A DNA stretch of 48,839 nucleotides, the filler included, from Catajapyx aquilonaris (taxonomy: Eukaryota), in NCBI GenBank assembly GCA_000934665.2. It is 2 parts of 2 records of this genome, joined end to end, with 100 filler letters (N's around TTAATTAATTAA, not from the genome) between each part and the next. Parts side by side here need not be neighbours in the genome. Positions count along the whole stretch, not along the records: positions 24,480 to 48,839 come from JYFJ02005531.1; 1 more part is not named here. One strand, written 5' to 3'. Below, in pieces: positions 26,265-36,899 of this stretch (positions within the stretch are counted from its first letter, which is position 1; every line of letters starts with the position of its first letter). The notes beneath the pieces were generated by a model that was not told where the DNA came from, searched no databases, and worked only from the letters and a program-made list of their open reading frames with translations. The translations under genes were made by a program, and so were the position numbers.

Positions 26265-26835
26265 CCCACTCATCCATGAAATCAGATTGAGTAGATTCAT
26301 CCTCATATCATCCTCGTGACAATAAATTCTCATGTCAATCAATATCATCAGGACAATTAATATCATCAATCTGGTCCATATCTTCAGAATCGTCTTGATC
26401 AACCTCACCTGCAATCGTTGCTACTGATTCGAGTGTCTTTGTGAATGGATTTATTTAAACATCCTTCATTGCTGGAGCAGTAGCAGTATGACGTGTATGA
26501 AATATGTTGTTTGTGACAGCCGCAAGCCTGACTGCCACAAATTTTGCCTTGTGCCTTACACTGGCATTTCAGTGCATCAATGAGCTGTGAAGGAGCTGGG
26601 TCACCATTATCAATTACAGGAACGGGGATTCCATCCTTCATATTCCACCTATATTGAGTTATGTCATCTTATTCATCTGGGGGTGCATTCTGCTGGTTAC
26701 AAGGTTTCCACAGCATAACCTATGAAGATGGGCCCGAAGAACATGCTGCAACAAGTTAGAGGATGTGGGTGGTAAGGCCATTACTTTGTGACTTTTCTTC
26801 TTGTTAGTGAATATCTTGAATCTAGCAGATTCATG
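26265..26835 (-). pseudogene. C-terminal remnant of an Academ (AcademX)-type transposon protein with Cys-rich zinc finger
   Basis: ARFKIF...LPPTSSNLLQHVLRAHL/VMLWK...W...PAPSQLIDALKCQCK...C...CGCHK...YCYC...CLNPFT followed by an acidic tail; frameshifted. Confidence 0.7.
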
Positions 26836-27194
26836 CACGTCATATGTGGTCATACTGCTACTGATCCAGCAATGAAGGATGTTTAAATCCATTCACAAAG
26901 ACACTCGAATCAGTAGCAACGATTGCAGGTGAGGTTGATCAAGACGATTCTGAAGATACCGACCAGATTGATGATATTGATTGTCCTGATGATATTGATT
27001 GACATGAGAATTTATTGTCACGAGGATGATAATGAGGATGAATCTACTCAATCTGATTTCATGGATGAGTGGGACTAAATTCATTTAAATGCTTTCTTTG
27101 TGTCACTATTGCCATTCTTTAGATATGGTTGCTTGTGTAATGATTATTTTCTGAGTTACTGTTACGTCATTCTAATGAATACTTTTTCATTTAC

Positions 27195-27303
27195 TGTACT
27201 ATATCGCTCAAAAACATAGAGACGATTTTGCATTTGACTTAAGTGCAGCCTGCACTTGAATCAAATGCAAAATCGTCTCTATGTTTTTGAGCGATATAGT
27301 ACA
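27195..27303. repeat. 109-bp near-perfect palindrome present in only one arm of fold-back 1
   Basis: TGTACTATATCGCTCAAAAACATAGAGACG...CGTCTCTATGTTTTTGAGCGATATAGTACA. Confidence 0.85.
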
Positions 27304-27313
27304 TTGCAAAATA

Positions 27314-27569
27314 GGGCGACACGGTGGCGGAGTGGTTAGCACCGCAGCCTTCCACCTCTATAAGGTCCCGAGTTCGATCCCCGGATCGGACAGAGGATAA
27401 TGATGTGGATAGAGTTTCGATGGGTTCTCTCCATGTTCGCGTGGGTTTTCGCGGGGTTCTCCCGTTTCCTTCCGCAATCAAAATCCATCACAGCAAAGGC
27501 AATGATTAAAGACGGTTATTCAAAAGATGATCCCCTAAGAGGCCCAAGGAGGCCTATCACGGGGTATCC

Positions 27570-27630
<61 letters not shown>
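27314..27630 (+). mobile_element. Same SINE family (copy 3)
   Basis: GGGCGACACGGTGGCGGAGTGGTTAGC (A box), GAGTTCGATCCC (B box), (TTA)n tail, flanked by ATTGCAAAATA. Confidence 0.88.
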
Positions 27631-27633
<3 letters not shown>

Positions 27634-27931
27634 TGCAAAATAATAATCAGAATTAATAACAGATTCTCAATTTTAGTTTGTATGACATTTCCAGGCGTTT
27701 ATTATGATCTGTAACGTATCTGACGGTTACTGTATATAATGGGTCGCCATCTTGCAATATGGCCGCCAAGTTTAATTTTGATCATTATTGACGTTTCCAA
27801 TGAAGTGGTGGGTTGGAAATGGAACAGATAAATGAAAAAAAAAACCTTCCTAGGTGCAATGCAAACCAAGAATATGACATTCACACTCTTTCGGTCGGCC
27901 ATCTTGGATATATGGTTATTGCTGTAGTTGC

Positions 27932-29563
27932 CAAAATATATCTCTTAGATGGCTGCACGTATATGAAATTATGAAGAGGACGAAATGGAAGAATGTACAA
28001 TTCTATCCTTATCATTCTTTTGTAGAGAGAATCGCTACAAAGATATCTCCGATTATATTGACACCACCTAACCACTTTACGAAGATTTTTGCAAATATCC
28101 TGTGCTTACTCAAGCATTTACGTAAATAAGTCACTTATTACAGTACTGTACTCTAATAACCCATAGACGAGCTATCATTGATGAAAATGTTTGGTAATGA
28201 TAATAGCTATTATAGCTGAAATTACAACAATGCCAGAAAATTGCGCAACAGTGATGGCCAGGTTGCAGAGTCGAGATTGAAAGTGCACCAGGTATATGTC
28301 ACATGAGATTATAGACGAGAAACTGGTTTAGTGCAAATGTGGGAAAGAACCTGGTCCAAGTACTTTCTAAAGAAATAAGAGTTAAAAAGAAGCCTACTTG
28401 AGTTTTTTAAATTCTATTTTTCTAGAGAGTAGGAAACAATATTTTCCGATCAAGTGGTGGGTCATGCAATATAAGATCAGAAGGGACTTTGTTTTGCAGA
28501 GAATATAATAAATTCTTGGTGACAAAAGAACTCACAGAGAAAAGTAAGAACACTATCTTTTTTGAGGACTACGAATATAACAGAATGCTGTGCAAATCGT
28601 GGTGATGATGGCTCCTGCTGTTGTTGTGCGGCTGATTAATGTTGATTTGTTATATGGCATGTTGGCTTTATGTATGTGGAATAAATAGCGGGAAACGGGC
28701 TGTAGGACTTGAAAGGTTAGGTCAGCCCTCATCCCCTTTTCCAGTCTTATGCGGTTAAAGGTCGAATTGAGTATTAATTTTCCTTATGCTATGTTTGCAG
28801 CAGATTGTGTTTTTCACCATGTTCATGTAGGTCTAGTGTAAACCTTTGTCACCATGAATTTATATATTCTCCCCAAAACAAACAGTTGCTTCTTATGTTA
28901 TATTGTAGTAGTCTATGACCCACCACTTGATCGGAAAATATTGTTTCGTACTTGGACCACGTTCTTTCCCACATTTGCACCGCAGTTCTTGTCTGTAATC
29001 TCTGTCAACCAGTTTCTCGTCTATAATCTCATGCGACATATACCTGGTGCACTTTCAATCTCGACTGTGCAACCTGGCCATCACTGTTGCGCAATTTTCT
29101 GGCATTGTTGACCCCCACACATGTTTTCATCCTCTGCGACTAAGTTTACAAATTATACAGATCATGCGGTTTTTGACATTTTCTTGCATTTTTCTTTACT
29201 TTACTTTTCTTCTAATCTGGATTATTTACCCGCCAAACCGGAAACAAATATAATATGATAGTGATATTAATAATTTTAGCTATGATAGCTATTATCATTA
29301 CCAAACATTTTCATCAATGATAGCTCGTCTATGGGTTATTAGAGTACAGTACTGTAATAAGTGACTTATTTACGTAAATGCTTGAGTAAGCACAGGATAT
29401 TTGCAAAAATTTTCGTAGAGTGGTTAGGTGGTGTCAATATAATCGGAGATATCTTTGTAGCGATTCTCTCTACAAAAGAATGATAAGGATAGAATTGTAC
29501 ATTCTTCCATTTCGTCCTCTTCATAAATTCATATACGTGCAGCCATCTAAGAGATATATTTTT
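27932..29563. repeat. Fold-back 2: ~0.6-0.7-kb inverted arms (27932-28527 / 28845-29563)
   Basis: ATATCTCTTAGATGGCTGCACG... is mirrored by ...CGTGCAGCCATCTAAGAGATAT; the right arm has an extra segment at about 29110-29270. Confidence 0.88.
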
Positions 29564-30205
29564 AAAACCTATTTTCGCCACCATTTTTCCAAGATGGCGG
29601 CGGGTTCCCTAGCTCTAATTGCATTGAACGTTGGATATGTTATTCTCCGCATGATTTCCATTGCAGTTCCTTTGACCCCATACCTTATCTTTCCTGGATT
29701 AAGCCACACATACGCGCCTGTTCAAATCTATGGCTCAAAACTGGACATTTTTGTTAAAAAAAAAGCTTTAAAACGTGTTCAAACTGTCTTCTGACACTAA
29801 AATCGTGTTCAGCGACTTCGTATTGCTAGGAAGGGACTCCTTAATCGTCAATTTCCTGCGAAAAATACGGTTCCGATTTTGTAACAATGGAGGCCATTTC
29901 CATTATTGGCCGCCATATTGGTTTCAAACGTGTTCAAACTGTATTCTGACATTAGAATCGTGTTCAGCGACTTCGTATTGGTAGGAATTGACACCGCAAT
30001 GGTCAATTTCCTGCGAAAAATACCGATTTTGTAACAATGGATGCCATTTTCATTATTGGCCGCCATCTTGAATCCTAATGGACTAAATTTCCGGTTCCAC
30101 TTCCGGAATCATTCCTTATGGTCCTAGGAAGCACCATGCCAAGTGGCACACTTTCATCATCAAATGCCAGGTTTTACCGAAATATGACCCTTACCGCTTC
30201 CACTA
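29564..30205. mobile_element. Probable Academ-type element terminus with a ~155-bp tandem duplication
   Basis: Two copies of AAACGTGTTCAAACTGT...GGCCGCCAT (29770-30070); ends ...CCGCTTCCACTA (reverse complement TAGTGGAAGCGG), consistent with TAG-starting Academ TIRs. Confidence 0.5.
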
Positions 30206-30689
30206 TCAGTATACAGGCCAATACACATAAGGTCACGCCTTCCATGAAACAATATTTTTCTTTCAATTTTCCTTTACCTCATTTGCGGCTGTGGCTAAAC
30301 TTAAAAAATAATTCGAGATCTATATGGATGGCAGGCCATAAAGTCGGTTTTTTTTTGGATCAGAACTGTGACTGATGCATTGTGGGACAGGTTTTTTCTT
30401 GTTACCATCTTACGTTTGAATGCAAAATATTAATTTTAATAGGCCTCGCATACAATACCTGAATAATGTTCCATGTTATCCTCCTGAATATTTCCATTTG
30501 ACATTCTATGAGCCCACTAAATTGGTTATTTTTGATGTATATCATTTCTGTTTGTATGTGGATAAATAAAAACAAACAAACAAACATAGGATGGCGTTTT
30601 GATGTTTCGTTATAATAATAGGTTGGGTAATGCTTTCACCCATCAGGGTATATCGCATAGACCTTTATTATTAGCTGTTGGTGTATACA

Positions 30690-30945
30690 TAGTACATTAG
30701 CATATCGCCCGGGCCCACGGGCAGGATGTGCAGGAGAGGATGTGCAAGGTGCAGTGCATCTGACGCTGTGGCCATTTTTAGTGAACTCCCCCGGGTGGTT
30801 TAGTCTATGGAAATACCACCCGAGACGAAGCCAGAGGTGACCCTGAACTCTGCACGAGATGAAGGGGGTGTCCCCGGGAAGGATTTGATCCCGGGACCTT
30901 AACATCCGTGGGCGCGTACGTTACCGCAGCGCCACTTCGCCTCCC
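30690..30945 (-). mobile_element. Second tRNA-derived SINE family, degenerate
   Basis: Minus strand reads GGGAGGCGAAGTGGCGCTGCGGTAACG...GGTCCCGGGATCAAATCC (A/B-box-like spacing); no TSD found. Confidence 0.5.
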
Positions 30946-30958
30946 TGATGTTCCGTTA

Positions 30959-31300
30959 TATAGTCTAACTATTTTGAGAAAGGGATATCACATGTTGTGA
31001 CGTTTCCTCAGTAGCACCAATCAGAAGCATGATCAGATGCAGCGCATATTCTGGGCAACTGTAATTTATTGCTTTATAAAATTAATGTACACAGAGTAAC
31101 CTCGCACTTACATATCCTTTTCAAAAGTATAAGCGCTCACAATATCATTTGTGTACAAAACTATGGCAATATTACTGAGGGAGGAATGTGAAGTGAATGT
31201 GGCACCACGTGTTCCTGCAATTATAAGCCTTTCATAGGGAGGGAGAGGAGGCGTGTCTAGGTCGATGGTGCTGTCCCTTTCTCAAAATAGTTAGACTATA
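30959..31300. mobile_element. MITE about 270 nt upstream of the EPRS exon acceptor
   Basis: TATAGTCTAACTATTTTGAGAAAGGGA / TCCCTTTCTCAAAATAGTTAGACTATA perfect 27-bp TIRs. Confidence 0.75.
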
Positions 31301-31570
31301 ACTCAGACGCCACTTGTCCTACGTGTTCCCCATTTTGTCAGAATGTGACCCAACACTTGATATGGTGCTGGCAGAGGCCAAAATCTGATTTTAGCAAAAA
31401 TGTCGAATTCATCATTTTGTTAGATTAACAATGACATGTGGAATTACCTAAGAATATGAAGTTAATTTTGTGTATTTTTGTTGCATGTTTGGTCACGCCT
31501 TCACTCAAACCGTTCAAGACTCAATTTTCACTATTGTGACAGGTTACTGAATTGCACTCCTCTTCCACAG

Positions 31571-31683
31571 CTACATCTGAAGACCTGGTTTCTCTGCTAT
31601 TGGAGCGTCATCGCCTGGTGGAGCAGATTCACCTGCGAGAAGTCACCATTACTCAACTTCTCTACTACAACAAGAACCATTAA
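31571..31683 (+). CDS. Putative terminal coding segment of an upstream spliced ORF (coiled-coil-like), on the same exon as the EPRS start
   Basis: Acceptor CTCCTCTTCCACAG| at 31570. The phase-1 frame reads [36 protein letters not shown] with TAA at 31681-31683, 2 nt before the EPRS ATG. No ATG in the segment, and the frame is closed upstream by TGA at 31537. Confidence 0.5.
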
Positions 31684-31685
31684 AG

Positions 31686-34600
31686 ATGCAGCTGAAATTG
31701 GTGGCCAGTTCAACAGACCCACCTCTGGGTACCCTTGCAACTGTTCAAATCTTGTCACCTACTGTTTCTGTGGCTGTTGTGTTTGGCCGTGAAACCTCCC
31801 TGAAGATAAACTCTGACTTGATTTTGAGTCAGGATGCTGGAATGTCGAGATATTTGGCCCGTCTTGCACCTAATCTTGGCTTGTATGGGTCAAATTCAGT
31901 GCTGGAACGTACTGAGGTTGATCATTGGCTGTCATTTAGTCAAGGACCACTCTTCAGCAGCAGAGATCACCAAGAGGCATTGGCATATTTGGAGTGTGCA
32001 TTGGGAGCTTCCTCATATCTAGTTGGAGAAAGAGTCACTATTGCAGATTTGGTGGTGTGGGCTGCTGTGCGACAGTGTCAGGCAGAGGGCAATGTTGCTA
32101 GGTGGCAAAAATCAATTGGGGAATTGGATGCAGTCAAACATGCAATTGCAAGCTTGCCAGGAGCAGTGGCATCAGATGTGCAGAAGCGTGATGAGGGCAA
32201 GTTTGTGGATCTTCCTGGCGCCAAAATGGGTGAAGTTGTGGTACGTTTCCCACCTGAAGCAAGTGGGTACCTGCATATTGGTCATGCAAAGGCAGCATTG
32301 CTTAATCAGCACTACCAACAGGCCTTTAAAGGGAAACTAATCATGAGATTTGATGACACAAACCCAGCTAAAGAAAAGGCTGACTTTGAGAAGGTCATTC
32401 TTGAGGACCTAAGGATGTTGCAGATATATCCTGACATATTTACCCACACTTCAGACCATTTTGACACACTCTTAGCATATTGCGAGCAGATGATTAAAGA
32501 AGGAAAGGCATATGTGGATAATACAGAACCAGAGACCATGAAGCAAGAAAGGGAGCAACGGGTTGAATCAAGAAATCGCAATAATGATGTGGAATGCAAC
32601 CTGAACATGTGGGAAGAAATGAAACATGGTACGCCTGTTGGGCAGCGCTGTTGTGTGCGTGCCAAAATTGACATGCAATCACCAAATGGCTGCATGCGAG
32701 ACCCCACCATATACCGCTGCAAGGATGATCCGCATGTGCGCACTGGTAACAAGTACAAAGTGTATCCTACCTATGACTTTGCCTGCCCAATAGTTGACAG
32801 CATAGAAGGGGTGACGCATGCGCTACGCACAACTGAATATCGGGATCGTGACGACCAGTTCTACTGGTTCTGTGACGCTCTGAATCTACGTCGTCCTGTG
32901 GTGTGGGAGTATAGTCGACTCAACATGATGAATACCGTGCTATCAAAACGAAAACTGACGTGGTTTGTCGAGGAAGGCATCGTTGATGGTTGGGAGGATG
33001 CACGATTTCCCACTGTACGGGGCGTTTTGCGCAGGGGCATGACCGTTGAGGGGTTGAAGGAGTTCATAATTGCACAGGGATCATCTCGTGCTGTGGTCAA
33101 CATGGAATGGGACAAGATATGGGCTTTCAACAAGAAGGTGATAGATCCTGCAGCACCAAGGTACACTGCACTGGAACGTGACACGTTAGTGCCTGTGATT
33201 GTTAAAGGTGCCAAGGAAATTGCACTCAGTGCAGCAAAACATCCCAAAAACCCAGACCTTGGAAGTAAAACTGTCTGGGCATCTCCTCAAGTGGTCATTG
33301 AGTCTGCTGACATTTCATTGCTTAAAGAAGGAGAAAATGCAACTTTCATCAACTGGGGTAACCTTCGTATCAGGAGTATTAAGCAAGGTAGCGTTGAAGC
33401 TGAATTGAACTTGGATGATAAGGATTACAAGAAGACTCCAAAGCTAACTTGGCTTGCACAGACCAGGTCAGCACCACACATACCATGCATGTGTGTATAC
33501 TTTGAGCACATCATCAACAAGGCTGTGCTTGGTAAGGATGAGGACTTTAAAAACTTTGTGGAGCATAACAGTCGAAAAGAGGTTGCGATGGTGGGTGACC
33601 CAGATCTGGCCACCTTGAAGAAGGGGGATATCATTCAGCTGCAGCGGCGTGGTTTCTTCGTATGTGATGAACCATATCAACCACCAAGTATTTATACTGG
33701 ACGAGAGTCCCCTGTAGTCTTGTTTTTCATTCCGGATGGGCACTCGAAGCAAGACACCAAGGAAATTTCTGTCGCTTCATCCAAGAAGCAGGAAGTCAAA
33801 CAATCCAAAAATGCTTCTGACAGTAGAAGCCCACTTGAAATACACGATAGCATTAAAACTCAGGGCGAGAAAGTGAGAGAACTGAAATCTGGAAAGGCAG
33901 ACAAAAAGTTGGTGGATGCTGAAGTTAAAATCCTTCTTGCTCTGAAGGCCCAGTTCAAGGCAGTCACAGGTCAGGACTGGAAGCCAGATATCCAAGTTAC
34001 ATTAGAACCAGAAGAGTCCCCAGGCTTTATTGACCAGAAGATACAAGATCAGGGCAACAAGGTACGGCAAATGAAGGAGCAGCAGGCAGGCAAGAGTTTG
34101 ATTGAAGCAGAGGTTAAAACACTACTATCCTTGAAAGCCCATTACAAAAAAGTAACAGGCCAGGACTGGAGGGCAGACCCACCTCCCAACAAAAAGAGGA
34201 GCCAAGAACCATCACCTGTACCAGAGGAAACAAAGGGTAATGATGTTGCTGCTTTGAAGGTGCAAATAGACGATCAAGGGAACAAGGTGAGACAGCTAAA
34301 GTCTCAGTCTGCTCCAAAGGAGGAAGTGGATAAGGAGGTGAAGGTGCTGCTGGACCTCAAGTCACGCTATAAGGACTTGACCGGTGAAGATTTGGGTGGG
34401 GGAAAGCCTGCCAAGAAGGACAAGGGCAAGAAGGCACAGGTGAAGCCCCAGCAGGCAGCACCTTGTGCAGGAGAGAATGCCAGCAACACATCCCAGCAGG
34501 GCGCCAAGAAGCAGACCCGCCTTGGTTTGGAAGCACGCAAGTCGGAAAACCTGCCAGATTGGTACAGCCAGGTCATAACCAAGGCAGAAATGATTGAATA

Positions 34601-34781
34601 CTATGATGTGAGTGGCTGCTACATCCTTCGCCCTTGGTCATACGCCATCTGGGAGACAATTCAGCATTGGTTTGACCAGCAGATTAAGAAGCTTGGGGTG
34701 CAGAACTGCTACTTCCCCCTCTTTGTGTCTGCAGGGGCGCTGGAGAAGGAGAAGACCCATGTGGCTGACTTTGCACCTGAG
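31686..34781 (+). CDS. EPRS: Bifunctional glutamyl-prolyl-tRNA synthetase, coding exon 1 (GST-like N-terminus, GluRS catalytic and anticodon domains, 3 WHEP repeats, start of ProRS)
   Basis: 1032 open codons containing [14 protein letters not shown] (HIGH motif), YPTYDFACP and VLSKRKL, three WHEP repeats (QGEKVRELK / QGNKVRQMK / QGNKVRQLK...TGQDW) and [21 protein letters not shown]. Phase-0 donor GAG|GTATAG at 34781/34782. Confidence 0.97.
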
Positions 34782-35800
34782 GTATAGACTTCCATTGTGG
34801 TTAATTGTTGCAAGTTTTAGTGTGAGCGACAAGTGAAGACTGAATTAAATAATAATTCCTCCAAGATCAGGGAGTACAGAAAACTAGCCAAGTAATTTTG
34901 TTAGCTAAATACAAATTTTTTCAGTCTCATTTAATTACAAGACCACTGACATTCAGTTGATTATACTAATGAACTGTTGATTTAGCATGTAGGGTATTCT
35001 CTTCATTTGATAATGCCAAATAAATTCAACATTCCATTAGCAGTACTAGCGTAGGAAAAATACATGTATCATTACTGTCACAACTTGTAGTGGAGCCACT
35101 GGAACAGGTGAAGGTGAAAGATGGGGGTAACTAACAAGGAATCCATTTCGAGATCATTCAAGGCAAAGTGTCTGGAAAGTGTTTTGCATATAATGGTCCA
35201 TGCACTCGACTATGGGCTGACTTATCCTGGCAGATCCAGACAACATATGATGGCAATTACCTCCTCCTTCCATGCACACATGTGCCACGAAGGGCTTTAT
35301 GTCGAGACCTACCCCCTTCATGCACTGCCCAAGTAGAGAACTGTGGGAGATGGAAGACTGCAAATGCTACATATTGGTAGCGCTGCAGCTACCCCCTTCT
35401 TCAACTTGCCTTACACAAAATTGGCCAAAATGTAGTTACCCCCTTCTTCCATGGAGCCTTTCAATTAATGACTCATTTGTCAGGACACTGAAAAATGTTA
35501 ATTTGGGGGTGTTCCCCAACTTGGTCAGCTGAATGCCTCCTAACCTTTTGTCAGGGCCGTAATACTAGCTTCCGTTGCACTTGTTACTTCAAAGAGTTAA
35601 CGAGGGACCCAGCCTAGGAAGGCCCTGCATCCGTCAAACTCTGGCCTTTATTTTCATTTTTCACTACAACATTCAATTAACAACATTAAGATTACATCCG
35701 CCTTGTGCATTCCATTCCCATCTCTTCAAAGCATGTATTCCCCTGGGTCCTACCCCACAATTGAGAATGGACTGCTGTAGTGCAGTTGGAAACTTGCCAG

Positions 35801-36641
35801 CATGGTTGTGAACTGAACCCTTGTTCCTTGAACCCGATAACATTGGAGCCCCTCCGGAGCACGTTTCGCCCGTTACACCGGGTCTGGAGCGAGCGTCGGA
35901 ACTTGGTTCGGGTTCAAGCCCGAACCCGGGGGGGGGAAAGGGCAGAAAAACCGCTGATTTACTCCAGCGTATGCGCCATGTTTTCATGGTGACAGAATGA
36001 CATTTCCAAGCACCCGCGATACAGGGTGTACCGAAAATGTCACATTTTCATGTCATATGCATTTTGGTACGTTACAATATGTCATACGCATTTTTTGGAT
36101 GTCACATTGGATGTCATACACATTTTATGTCATATTGTAGCATACAAAAAATGAAAAAAATGCTTATGACATAAAAATGTGACATACAAAAATGCGTATG
36201 ACGTGAGAATGTGACAGCCAAAAAATGGGTGTGACATATTGTGGCATACAAAAATGCGTATGACATGAAAATGTGACATTTTCGGTACACCCTGTATCGC
36301 GGGTGCTTGGAAATGTCGTTCTGTCACCATGAAAACATGACGCATACGCTGGAGTAAATCAGCGGTTTTTCTGCCCTTCCCCCAGTTGTGTTGGTATGTT
36401 GTACCTAACCAAGCTCTGAACCGCTCCGAACCGCTCCGAACCCGCTCTTGAACCGGGTTCAACTCCAGAGACGCTGGCCTGAACCGAACTTCGAACCCGC
36501 TCCGACCTTGGCTCCACTCTCTCCCTGAACCAGCTTGAACCCGAACCAAGTTCCGACGCTCGCTCCGAACCCGGCTCTATTGCTCCGGAGTGGCTCCGAT
36601 GTTATCGGGTTCACGGAACAAGGGTTCGGTTCACAACCCTG
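35801..36641. mobile_element. hAT-type MITE in the EPRS intron
   Basis: 8-bp TSD CTTGCCAG (35793-35800, 36642-36649); termini CATGGTTGTGAAC / GTTCACAACCCTG; GAACC-rich subterminal repeats. Confidence 0.85.
35933..36383. mobile_element. Palindromic element nested in the intronic hAT MITE
   Basis: GGGCAGAAAAACCGCTGATTTACTCCAGCG arms with an inner TACAGGGTGTACCG...CGGTACACCCTGTA pair and TGTCATA/TATGACA repeats. Confidence 0.8.
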
Positions 36642-36899
36642 CTTGCCAGGGATGTTATTCTGGTTGTACAGTAGGCTACATGCCATCAGCATGACATTCT
36701 TGTGTATGTTGACTAAAATGTTTTGTTAGTTTAAAATCATGAAAGTTGCTTCCCGGTTCGAGAAATCTTGCGATTCCTTTCTTGGTATGTGACTTTCAAT
36801 TATGCCTATTGCAATTATCACCAACATTTTCAGAATACCTAAATATTTTCTTCCTAATTGCCTGCAACTTCTACATAAGTCGTTTATTCCCATTTGCAG

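Larger units (their letters stand above)
25395..27933. repeat. Fold-back 1: ~1.1-kb inverted arms (25395-26495 / 26849-27933) around a ~350-bp spacer
   Basis: The arms are reverse complements, including the same SINE at the same site and the 3' end of the Academ-like ORF. Confidence 0.9.
34782..36899 (+). other. EPRS GT-AG intron (2118 nt, phase 0) containing nested MITEs
   Basis: GT...AG ends; removing it restores a continuous ProRS sequence [13 protein letters not shown]. Confidence 0.93.

Noticed and set aside
27314..27390. tRNA gene
   Set aside because: It is the tRNA-like head of a SINE with body, tail and TSD; no complete cloverleaf or Pol III terminator.
31342..31388. Possible upstream mini-exon (CDPTLDMVLAEAKI*) for the upstream ORF
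   Set aside because: No phase-1 GT donor before its stop codon.
31478..31792. 104-aa ORF overlapping the EPRS start
   Set aside because: Non-ATG start in probable intron sequence and not protein-like; a different frame is the plausible coding one.
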